DNA of 64,000 bases from Candidatus Micrarchaeota archaeon. Its GTDB lineage: Archaea > Micrarchaeota > Micrarchaeia > Anstonellales > Bilamarchaeaceae. The position numbers were made by a program, and so were the translations under genes. Location of the stretch: positions 734,151-798,150 of the forward strand of contig JBDRCX010000006.1 of assembly GCA_043821365.1 (NCBI GenBank), read 5' to 3'. Under the pieces are notes generated by a model. It did not search any database, was not told the DNA's origin, and was given only the letters and a program-made list of their open reading frames with translations. Positions 18,397-27,044 of this stretch are shown in pieces (the first letter of the stretch is position 1; each line of letters opens with the position of its first letter).

Positions 18397-19587
18397 ATGC
18401 GCAGAAGAATGCACATGGTTCAGATTAAAAAACCTCCATCTCCTCCAACACTGATAGGTAAGGCATATTCACCCGAAATGATCCAAAAACTTGTCTCAGA
18501 ACTTTCCAGTGGAAGTTCTGATAGAGAAATAAAAGCATTTAGCGAGTTTGTAGATCATCAGGAGCAAGTCTTTTCAAGTATTTCAGATATTCCAGATCTT
18601 ACAAATACTGAAGTTATTGAACTAATTCTTGCAACTGTTATGCGTTATGATGATGAGATTATAAAAAATCTGGAAGCTGAAAAAAAGAAAAAACAACTCC
18701 AATTCCTTGCAACTACTCCATATATTCCATTTCCAATACAAGAAAAAGCAAAAGCAGCAGTAAAGCGTTTGCACACTGGAAAATTTCAAGAAAAAGTTAC
18801 AATTCCTCCTCTGCATGTTAATACATACAGTCCTAAAAGAGTAGAATTACTTGTGCAAAATTTGAATTCAGAAAGAAAAGAACAAAAAATTCCAGCAGCA
18901 GTTGAATTTATTCATAATTATCCCCGTATTACTCCAACAGTTTCAAAAATGCCAATGCTCACCGTAACCCAGGTGACTACAAAAGCAATCGAAATCATAG
19001 ATCAAAATCCAAAGGAAGTTATACGTATAATGGTAAGTAAAAAAATGGTTTCTGAATTGTTTTTTCTGGCTTCCCTTTCTCAAGCGCCACCTAAAATCAG
19101 AGATATGGCTAGAAAAGCAGCAGAGACTCTACAATTAAAGTTACGTTTGCCTTCTCAAAAACCGCCAACCCAAATGCCAAAACAAAGTCCAAAGCCTACA
19201 GATGTACGAGTTCAAACACTGAAATTACAAAAATCTTATATGCCATTGGAATTGGAAGCTTTAGTTAGTGGTCTTGGAAGTGTGGAGAGTGTCAGGTCAG
19301 TAAAAGCAGCGATAGAATTTTTGAAAAACTATCAAATTATAGCTGAGACAATTGCTAAAACACCACAGATTACTATAACTGAGGTTACTACTAAAGTCGC
19401 ACAAGTAGTTGATAATAACCTAGACGTGATCCTCAAAGAATTGGAAAGACAAAAAGCAGTTCATGCGGTGAATTTCTTAGCAAATTCTGAAAAGTTTTCA
19501 ATGGCAGTACGAGAGCAAGCAAAGAAATTATTGGAAAGAATGCAGAACCCATTTTACACTGCGAAAAAAAGTGCTGAGAAAAAGTAA
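18397..19587 (+). CDS. Orphan helical protein with three ~105-aa repeats
   Basis: Repeats start YSPEMI, YSPKRV, YMPLEL and share EF, TxTEV/TQVTT and FLA positions. Confidence 0.75.
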   Translation: MRRRMHMVQIKKPPSPPTLIGKAYSPEMIQKLVSELSSGSSDREIKAFSEFVDHQEQVFSSISDIPDLTNTEVIELILATVMRYDDEIIKNLEAEKKKKQLQFLATTPYIPFPIQEKAKAAVKRLHTGKFQEKVTIPPLHVNTYSPKRVELLVQNLNSERKEQKIPAAVEFIHNYPRITPTVSKMPMLTVTQVTTKAIEIIDQNPKEVIRIMVSKKMVSELFFLASLSQAPPKIRDMARKAAETLQLKLRLPSQKPPTQMPKQSPKPTDVRVQTLKLQKSYMPLELEALVSGLGSVESVRSVKAAIEFLKNYQIIAETIAKTPQITITEVTTKVAQVVDNNLDVILKELERQKAVHAVNFLANSEKFSMAVREQAKKLLERMQNPFYTAKKSAEKK

Positions 19588-19620
19588 TTATAAATGTGAT
19601 CTATCATTACTTTCAACTAC

Positions 19621-19848
19621 GCCCCTGTAGCGCAGTCCGCTTTTTAGGAAAAAGCTTGGCAAAAACTGGTTGTTGTTTTTGTAGTTTTCTAATAAAAAGC
19701 AGGTGTTAAGGTAGCGCGCGTCCTTGGTATCGCACCTTTTTTCAAAAAGGTGCGCCAAAAACTTTTGTAAATAGTGACCCAGTTTTGGGCCGCCTTTTAC
19801 CAAAAGGCGGAGAGGACGAGGCCGCGAGTTCAATTCTCGCCGGGGGCT
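19621..19848 (+). tRNA. tRNA-Thr(GGU) with a D-loop intron (19636-19708) and 83 nt of intron sequence at 37/38 (19730-19812)
   Basis: Exons 19621-19635, 19709-19729, 19813-19848 give a 72-nt cloverleaf: GCCCCTG/CGGGGGC, GCGC/GCGC, CGTCC-TTGGTAA-GGACG, GCGAG-TTCAATT-CTCGC, U73; TATA TTATAAAT about 26 nt upstream. Confidence 0.9.
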
Positions 19849-19858
19849 TCTTATTGTT

Positions 19859-19880
19859 TGTGGAAACCACGGTTTCCACA
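19859..19880. repeat. 10-bp palindrome just downstream of tRNA-Thr
   Basis: TGTGGAAACC-AC-GGTTTCCACA. Confidence 0.85.
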
Positions 19881-19951
19881 CCTTTCGTTATCCTTTGGCT
19901 AGCACCCTCAGATCGTCTCTAATCATTTATGGCTATTTAGCTATATTTATA

Positions 19952-19969
19952 AATTAGGTGCACCTAATT
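19952..19969. promoter_or_regulatory. Putative DtxR/MntR operator (perfect 18-bp palindrome)
   Basis: AATTAGGTGCACCTAATT between the TATA-like TATTTATA and the regulator ATG; TTAGG..CCTAA core resembles DtxR/IdeR boxes. Confidence 0.8.
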
Positions 19970-19975
19970 CCGCTC

Positions 19976-20356
19976 ATGAAGCATAGTAAGCAGGTTAGTG
20001 CCAGTATTGATGAATATATCGAAGAAATGTATCGCTGCAATCTAAACAAAAAACCAATCACCACTAAAAATCTAGCTCAAAAATTAAAAATATCAATGCC
20101 ATCAGTAAGTGAAATGCTTCCTAAATTAAGAGAAAGAAACCTCATATTATACCAACCAAGAAAAGAAATCAAACTTACCAAAAAAGGGAAAAAATTAGGC
20201 TTAAATATATATAAAAAACACGAAACAATAAAGAAATTTTTTATAATGCTCGGACTTGGGAAAAAGAAAGCAACAGAGCAGGCATGTAGAATTGAACACG
20301 AACTTAGTGATGTGGCACTTAAGAAACTCGAACTTTTTTTGAAAAAATTAAAATAG
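19976..20356 (+). CDS. DtxR/MntR family metal-dependent repressor
   Basis: DEYIEEMY, LAQKLKISMPSVSEML, KHETI, ACRIEHELS. Confidence 0.92.
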   Translation: MKHSKQVSASIDEYIEEMYRCNLNKKPITTKNLAQKLKISMPSVSEMLPKLRERNLILYQPRKEIKLTKKGKKLGLNIYKKHETIKKFFIMLGLGKKKATEQACRIEHELSDVALKKLELFLKKLK

Positions 20357-20364
20357 GTGTTGCA

Positions 20365-20580
20365 TTGAACCTGCTTGATGTGAAAGAAGGAATAGAATTA
20401 TCTGTAAAAAAAGTTGATGGGGGTCAGGCTCTCTCACTTCGATTAAGTGAGCTTGGAATCTTTGAAGGTTCAAAGATCAAAGTTCTGAAAAACAAAAGGG
20501 GTCCAGTTATCTTGTGTGTCTTCGGATCAACACTTGCAATTGGAAGAGGCCAGGCAAAAAAGATAGAGGTAAGCAAATGA
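20365..20580 (+). CDS. feoA: Ferrous iron transport protein A
   Basis: RLSELGIFEGSKI, GPVIL, LAIGRGQAKKI. Confidence 0.92.
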   Translation: MNLLDVKEGIELSVKKVDGGQALSLRLSELGIFEGSKIKVLKNKRGPVILCVFGSTLAIGRGQAKKIEVSK

Positions 20581-22370
20581 TTCGTGTTGCATTGCTTGGG
20601 AATCCAAATGTTGGAAAATCAAGTCTATTCAATTCATTAACTGGTCAGAAACAGAAAGTTGCCAACTGGCCAGGAAAAACAATAGAATGCAAAAAAGGAA
20701 TTTGCAAGGTTGGAGGTGACGACATTGAAATTTTCGACCTTCCTGGAACATATAGCCTTTCTCCATTCTCAGATGATGAAAAAATTGTTGATGAAACATT
20801 AAAATCAGTTGATTTTGATGTTATTATACAAATTGCAGACAGTTCCAATATTGAAAGAAATCTTTACCTTACTCTTGAACTTCTAGAAAGAACCAGGAAA
20901 GTGGTTGTAGCATTGAATATGGATGACATTGCGACTAAAGAAGGGATGAAAATAGACGAAAAAAAACTTTCAAAAATTTTTGGAATTGATTTTGTAAAGA
21001 TAGATGCAAGAAAGAAAAATACACTCGGTAATCTTTTGTTGCATGCAATTAACGTTGCCAAACATCCAAAATCAAAATCAGAAGCGTTACAGTCACCCAA
21101 AGCCCGTTACAAACTTATACAAAAAGCAGTGCAGGAATCAGTCAGCTGCAAATCAAAAATAAATGAAAATTGGTTTGATAAAATTGCACTTAACCAGTAT
21201 CTTGGTCCGATTCTTTTCCTTCTAATAATGTTTTCTGTTTTCCATCTAACATTTATTCTATCAGAACCATTGTCTGTTCTTGTTGATTTTGTTTGGGGAT
21301 TACCCACATCGTATTTTGTTGAAATCATAGAGTCAATAGATTCTCTTCCTAACTGGATCGTGTCTCTATTGGAAGATGGAATTATTGCAGGTGTTGGTAG
21401 TATAATCTCTTTTTTCCCACCGATTGCAGTAATGATGTTCCTTCTTTATTTTCTTGAAGACTCAGGATATTTGGCACGGGCAGTTGTCGTCTTAGACAGT
21501 CTCTTGAAAAAATTTGGGCTTGGAGGAAAAGCGTTTATACCTCTTCTTCTTGGTACAGGATGCAATGTCCCTGCAATCATGGCTACAAGAATTATAAAAG
21601 ACACGAAAACAAAGCTTATTACGATATTCAGTATCCCTTTTATGTCTTGTTCTGCACGTTTACCTGTTTATGTTCTTTTTGCAGGTGTATTCTTCCCAAA
21701 TAATGAGGCAAACATAATATTCTTCATGTATATTCTTGGTTTTGTTGTTGCAATTTTGAATGCATTACTCCTGAAAACATTTGTGTTCAAGAAAGAAGAT
21801 GAAGAGCTTTTAATTGAACTTCCAAAATATCATTGGCCATACCTAAAGAATCTTTTTATCGAGACAAAGATGAGCGTAGAACATTTTGCTAGAAGAGCAG
21901 GTACAGTTATCCTCATCGCATCAGTTGCGATCTGGTTTCTTTCCAGTGCTCCATATGGTGTTGATTACGGTTCAAAGGAAAGTGTTGCAGGTATCATAGG
22001 CAGTACAATTGCACCACTATTCTCTCCACTTGGTTTTGATTCATGGCAGTCTGGTCTTGCATTATTCAATGGAATGGTTGCCAAGGAAATAGTTATAAGT
22101 TCATTTGCAACGACTTATGGTGTTGGTGAAGAAGCTGAACTCTCCTCTTTGATATTACAAGATTTTAGTACACCTTCTGCATTGGCATTTATGGTTTTTG
22201 TTCTCTTATACGTTCCATGTTTTGCTGCTATGGGAACCATAAAGAGCGAAACAAAGTCATGGAAAATGACTATATTATCCGCAATCTACTATATTGTTGT
22301 TGCATATGGAATCTCATTTCTGATATATTCTTTAGCCTTGAATTTCTGGGGTGATTTTAATGGATTATGA
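20577..22370 (+). CDS. feoB: Ferrous iron transport protein B
   Basis: GNPNVGKSSLFN, VANWPGKT, DLPGTYSL, GCNVPAIMATR, SCSARLPVY; ATG at 20577. Confidence 0.96.
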   Translation: MIRVALLGNPNVGKSSLFNSLTGQKQKVANWPGKTIECKKGICKVGGDDIEIFDLPGTYSLSPFSDDEKIVDETLKSVDFDVIIQIADSSNIERNLYLTLELLERTRKVVVALNMDDIATKEGMKIDEKKLSKIFGIDFVKIDARKKNTLGNLLLHAINVAKHPKSKSEALQSPKARYKLIQKAVQESVSCKSKINENWFDKIALNQYLGPILFLLIMFSVFHLTFILSEPLSVLVDFVWGLPTSYFVEIIESIDSLPNWIVSLLEDGIIAGVGSIISFFPPIAVMMFLLYFLEDSGYLARAVVVLDSLLKKFGLGGKAFIPLLLGTGCNVPAIMATRIIKDTKTKLITIFSIPFMSCSARLPVYVLFAGVFFPNNEANIIFFMYILGFVVAILNALLLKTFVFKKEDEELLIELPKYHWPYLKNLFIETKMSVEHFARRAGTVILIASVAIWFLSSAPYGVDYGSKESVAGIIGSTIAPLFSPLGFDSWQSGLALFNGMVAKEIVISSFATTYGVGEEAELSSLILQDFSTPSALAFMVFVLLYVPCFAAMGTIKSETKSWKMTILSAIYYIVVAYGISFLIYSLALNFWGDFNGL

Positions 22371-22512
22371 GATTATTTCATTCTATGTGTTTGGATCTGT
22401 TATTCTCCTACTCATAATCTTTTATGTGAGGGGGTCTCTTTTCAAATATGGAAGTTGTAGTGGATGTCCATCTAGTGGAAATTGTATCATCGAGAAAAAA
22501 TTCAAATCATAA
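22360..22512 (+). CDS. FeoB-associated Cys-rich small membrane protein (50 aa, not in ORF track)
   Basis: MDYEIISFYVFGSVILLLIIFYVRGSLFKYGSCSGCPSSGNCIIEKKFKS; one TM then CxxCx5C; overlaps the feoB stop. Confidence 0.8.
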   Translation: MDYEIISFYVFGSVILLLIIFYVRGSLFKYGSCSGCPSSGNCIIEKKFKS

Positions 22513-22612
22513 TCTTTCGTCACCTGTCGTTTCGAAAGGTGACAACATTTATAAATTACCAATTCAATCTTGTACTCTAATTCTAATACCATCAGATTAA
22601 TGGCGGGATTTA

Positions 22613-24529
22613 ATGACGAATCTAACTGAAAAAATTATCAAAGAACATCTAAAAGAAGGAGAAATGAAAACTGGCCAGGAAATTGGAATAAAAATCGACC
22701 AAACACTAACCCAAGATGCTACAGGAACTATGGCTTTTTTAGAATTTGAAGCTATAGGTCTACCGAGGGTTAAAACTGAGACAGCAGTTAGCTATGTTGA
22801 TCATAATACTCTTCAAACTGATTTTAGAAACCAGGATGATCATCTTTATCTTCAAAGTGTTGCAGCAAAATTTGGTGTTAATTTTTCAAGAGCAGGTAAT
22901 GGTATCTGTCACCAAGTTCATTTAGAAAGATTTGCAGTTCCTGGAAAAACAATTCTTGGAAGCGATTCACACACACCAACTGCAGGTGGCATTGGTGCAA
23001 TTGCAATTGGTGCAGGTGGTCTTGATGTTGCAATTGCAATGGGGGGCGGTTCATTCTATTTAGAGATGCCTAAGGTTATAGGTGTAAAATTAATCGGCAA
23101 ACTCCCAGAATGGAGCTCTGCAAAAGATGTTATCTTAGAATTATTACGAAAACTCACAGTGAAGGGCGGGGTTGGTAAAGTATTCGAATATTTTGGTCCT
23201 GGAGTTGAAACATTGTCTGTTCCTGAACGTGCAACAATAACCAATATGGGTGCAGAACTTGGTGCAACAACAAGCATTTTTCCAAGTGATCAAATAACTT
23301 TTAAATATTTGAAAATGCAACAACGTGAAAAATTCTGGAAAGAATTGAAGGGAGATGGTAGTGAAGATTATTCTGAAATAATAGAACTTGATCTAAGTAA
23401 AATCGAACCACTTTTAGCAAAACCACACTCTCCAGATGCAGTTGTTTCTGCAAAAGAACTGAAAGGTACAAAAGTTACTCAAGTGATCGTTGGTTCATGT
23501 ACTAATAGTTCATACAAGGATCTTATGACAGTTGCAGCAGTTGTAAAAGGTAAAAAGGTTCATCCAGATGTTAGTTTTGCAATTGTTCCTGGTTCAAAAC
23601 AAGTTTATGAACAAATAGCTAGAAATGGTGCGCTTGCAGATCTTATTGCAGCAGGTGCGAGGATTCTTGAAAGTGCATGTGGTCCTTGCATTGGTATGGG
23701 TCAGGCACCATCAAGCGAAGGAGTCAGTATACGTTCGTTCAACAGAAATTTCAAAGGAAGATGTGGAACTCCGAATGCATTTGTCTATCTTGCATCACCA
23801 GAAGTCTGTGCTGCATGTGCATTAAAAGGAGAAATTACAGACCCAAGAGAACTTGGTGCTGCACCAAAAATAGAATGGCCGGAAAAAATAGATGTAGATG
23901 ATTCAATGATTATCCCTCCATCAAATGGCAGTGTTGAAGTGGTCAGAGGACCAAACATTAAACCATTACCAGATATGAAGCCATTAGAAAACTCTTTCCA
24001 AAAAGAAGTTTTGCTAAAACTTGGAGATAATGTAACTACTGATCACATTATGCCAGCAGGTGCAAAAATTCTTCCATTAAGAAGCAACATCCCAGCAATA
24101 AGTGAATTCGTCTTCAGTGCTGTTGATCCAGAGTTTGTTTCAAGAGCAAAAGAAAAACAAGGAGGAATAATTATTGGTGGAGATAATTATGGTCAGGGAA
24201 GTTCTCGCGAACATGCTGCAATTGCTCCTCTTTATCTTGGCATTAAAGCAGTTATAGTGAAGAAATTTGCAAGAATCCATAAAGCTAATTTAGTTAATTT
24301 TGGAATTTTGCCATTAACATTTGCAGATCCTGCTGATTATGATAAAATAGAGCAGGGCGATGTGCTTGAACTTGATGGTATTGTGGATGGAGTGAATCGC
24401 GGTACAATAAAAGTAAAAAACACCACCAAAAATTACGAGTTTTCAACAAAATTTGATGCTACTAAAAGAAATACTGAAATGCTTTTAGCAGGCGGGTTAA
24501 TTAACCTGACAAAAAACAAAGGAGAGTGA
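22613..24529 (+). CDS. acn: Aconitate hydratase (single chain)
   Basis: [48 protein letters not shown]. Confidence 0.95.
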   Translation: MTNLTEKIIKEHLKEGEMKTGQEIGIKIDQTLTQDATGTMAFLEFEAIGLPRVKTETAVSYVDHNTLQTDFRNQDDHLYLQSVAAKFGVNFSRAGNGICHQVHLERFAVPGKTILGSDSHTPTAGGIGAIAIGAGGLDVAIAMGGGSFYLEMPKVIGVKLIGKLPEWSSAKDVILELLRKLTVKGGVGKVFEYFGPGVETLSVPERATITNMGAELGATTSIFPSDQITFKYLKMQQREKFWKELKGDGSEDYSEIIELDLSKIEPLLAKPHSPDAVVSAKELKGTKVTQVIVGSCTNSSYKDLMTVAAVVKGKKVHPDVSFAIVPGSKQVYEQIARNGALADLIAAGARILESACGPCIGMGQAPSSEGVSIRSFNRNFKGRCGTPNAFVYLASPEVCAACALKGEITDPRELGAAPKIEWPEKIDVDDSMIIPPSNGSVEVVRGPNIKPLPDMKPLENSFQKEVLLKLGDNVTTDHIMPAGAKILPLRSNIPAISEFVFSAVDPEFVSRAKEKQGGIIIGGDNYGQGSSREHAAIAPLYLGIKAVIVKKFARIHKANLVNFGILPLTFADPADYDKIEQGDVLELDGIVDGVNRGTIKVKNTTKNYEFSTKFDATKRNTEMLLAGGLINLTKNKGE

Positions 24530-24533
24530 AATT

Positions 24534-25775
24534 ATGGTAGAATTTTCTGATTTGAAACCACTAGAAGGAAGTATTATTTCGATGAAAGATGGCAAGCTAC
24601 ATGTTCCGGACGATCCAATCATTCCAGTAATTGAAGGGGATGGAGTTGGAATTGATATTTCACCAGTTATGAAAAAAGTTGTTGATGCTGCAGTTCAAAA
24701 AGCATATGATGGCAAGAAAAAAATTGTCTGGTTTAAAATTCTTGCAGGAGATGAAAGTTTTAACAAATACAAAAACTATCTTCCAGATGATACGGTTAAT
24801 GCAGTAAGACACTACCTTGTAGCAATCAAGGGTCCACTTACAACACCAGTTGGTGGTGGTCATAGAAGTTTGAATGTCACATTGAGACAATTATTGGATT
24901 TGTATTGCTGTGTTCGTCCTGTTCGTTATTTTGATGGTGTTCCAGCTCCAGTAAAAGATCCAAAAAAACTTGATATTGTAGTTTTCCGTGAAAATACTGA
25001 AGATGTTTATGCAGGTATTGAATGGAAAGAAGGAACAGAAGAAGCAAAAAAAGTAATTGATTTTCTTAATACAACAATGGGAAAGAAAATTGCTGCAGAT
25101 TCTGGTATTGGTGTAAAACCAATAAGTATTACCAGAACAAAAAGGCTTGTTGAAGCAGCAATTAACTATGCAATCAAATACAATAGAAAAACAGTTACAC
25201 TTATGCACAAAGGAAACATAATGAAATTCACCGAAGGTGCATTCCGTGAATGGGGCTATGAAGTTGCAAAAGAAAAATTCAGAGACAAAATTGTCACTGA
25301 AGAAGAAGTAAATAATGGTGCAAGTAAAGAAGGGAAAATCCTAATTAATGATAGAATAGCAGATAGCATGTTCCAGCAAGTTTTGTTAAGGCCTGATGAA
25401 TATGATGTGATTGCAACAACCAATTTGAATGGTGATTATATAAGTGATGCTGCAGCAGCTCAAGTTGGTGGTCTTGGAATTGCTCCAGGTGGAAATATCA
25501 ATTACAAGACAGGCCATGCATTCTTTGAAGCAACTCATGGCACTGCACCAAAACACGCAGGCCAGGATAAAGTGAACCCTGGTTCATTGATTCTTTCTGC
25601 AGTCATGATGCTTGAGTACATGGAATGGACCGAAGCTTCAAATCTTATTCTGAAAGGTTTTGAAGAAACAATAAAACAGAAAATTGTCACCTATGATCTT
25701 GCACGCCAGACTGAAGGTGCAAAAGAAGTGAAATGTTCTGAATTTGGGGATACAATAATCAAGAATATGAGCTAA
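24534..25775 (+). CDS. icd: Isocitrate dehydrogenase (NADP, E. coli-type)
   Basis: [51 protein letters not shown]. Confidence 0.96.
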   Translation: MVEFSDLKPLEGSIISMKDGKLHVPDDPIIPVIEGDGVGIDISPVMKKVVDAAVQKAYDGKKKIVWFKILAGDESFNKYKNYLPDDTVNAVRHYLVAIKGPLTTPVGGGHRSLNVTLRQLLDLYCCVRPVRYFDGVPAPVKDPKKLDIVVFRENTEDVYAGIEWKEGTEEAKKVIDFLNTTMGKKIAADSGIGVKPISITRTKRLVEAAINYAIKYNRKTVTLMHKGNIMKFTEGAFREWGYEVAKEKFRDKIVTEEEVNNGASKEGKILINDRIADSMFQQVLLRPDEYDVIATTNLNGDYISDAAAAQVGGLGIAPGGNINYKTGHAFFEATHGTAPKHAGQDKVNPGSLILSAVMMLEYMEWTEASNLILKGFEETIKQKIVTYDLARQTEGAKEVKCSEFGDTIIKNMS

Positions 25776-25784
25776 AGTGATCAT

Positions 25785-27044
25785 ATGTCAAGAAAAAAAA
25801 TCAGAGAATATGATGCAAAGAAATTACTATCAAATAATCTGGCAAACTATGGCTACGAAATGAAGTTGGAAGTTGCACTTGCTGATCAAACATCAATTGA
25901 TGATAATTTCACAAAACTCTCTGCTGAAAATCCCTGGCTTAAAACAAAAAAACTTGTTATCAAGCCAGATCAACTGATAGGCAAGAAAGGAAAGCACAAC
26001 CTTGTTCTTTTGAATGCAGATTTTGATGCTGCTAAAAAATTCATAAAAGAAAACATGGGAAAAACACTCGAAGTTCAGAAGATTAATGGTGTACTCACTC
26101 ATTTTATTATTGAGCCATTTGTTGAGCATGGCGATGAGTATTTCTTGGCAATAATGTCAAAAAGAGACCATGATGTTATTCTGTTTTCTGAGAAAGGTGG
26201 AGTTGATGTTGAAGAAAATTGGGATGCCGTCATGCATTTTGAAGTGCCAATTGATTCTGATGCCGATTCAATTGAAATAAATATCCCTCTTCAAGGAGAT
26301 AAAAAAGCAAAGATGATTTCATTTATCAAAGCACTTTACAAATATTCTGTTGATTTTGGCTGTACATATATTGAAATGAATCCAATTTCATTTGACAAAA
26401 ACAATGAACTAAAACCACTTGGTTTTGTTTGCGAACTTGATGATTGTGAATATTTCAAATGCGAAACTAAATGGGATGGTTTAGAGTTCCCAGAACAGTT
26501 TGGAAGGAAAAAATACCAAGAAGAAGAATTTGTGACACAACTTGATGATAAAACAGGCGCATCACTCAAACTAACCGTAATCAATCCCGAGGGGAAAATC
26601 TGGCTTTTAGTTGCAGGTGGAGGTGCAAGTGTAATTTACACTGATACAGTTGTAGACCTTGGTTATGGTAATGAGCTTGGTAATTACGGTGAATACAGTG
26701 GAGATCCTAATGAGGAAGAAACCTATCAATATTCAAAAACAGTTCTTGATCTTGCAACAAGGAAAAACGGAAAAATTCTTCTAATTGGTGGTGGAGTTGC
26801 AAACTTCACCAACGTGGCTAACACATTCAAAGGAATAATCCGTGCATTAAGAGAAGCAAAAGAAAAACTCAAGAAAAATAAAATGCAAATTTATGTTCGT
26901 AGGGGCGGTCCAAATTTTGAAGAAGGACTAAAAATGATGAAAGAACTTGGAAAAGAACTTGAAATTCCAATAGAAGTTTATGGTCCTGAAACACACATGA
27001 CCAAGATAGTTGATCTTGCAGTAAATCATCTGAAGAGTGGTTAA
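25785..27044 (+). CDS. aclB: ATP citrate lyase beta subunit
   Basis: KKIREYDAK, KPDQL, ATP-grasp region, SLKLT, LVAGGGASVIYTD, NYGEYSG, RRGGPN. Confidence 0.92.
   Translation: MSRKKIREYDAKKLLSNNLANYGYEMKLEVALADQTSIDDNFTKLSAENPWLKTKKLVIKPDQLIGKKGKHNLVLLNADFDAAKKFIKENMGKTLEVQKINGVLTHFIIEPFVEHGDEYFLAIMSKRDHDVILFSEKGGVDVEENWDAVMHFEVPIDSDADSIEINIPLQGDKKAKMISFIKALYKYSVDFGCTYIEMNPISFDKNNELKPLGFVCELDDCEYFKCETKWDGLEFPEQFGRKKYQEEEFVTQLDDKTGASLKLTVINPEGKIWLLVAGGGASVIYTDTVVDLGYGNELGNYGEYSGDPNEEETYQYSKTVLDLATRKNGKILLIGGGVANFTNVANTFKGIIRALREAKEKLKKNKMQIYVRRGGPNFEEGLKMMKELGKELEIPIEVYGPETHMTKIVDLAVNHLKSG

Noticed and set aside
19896-19910. 14/15 match CCTCAGATCGTCTCT with 35745-35759
   Set aside because: Unconstrained 15-mers with one mismatch are expected many times by chance in 64 kb.
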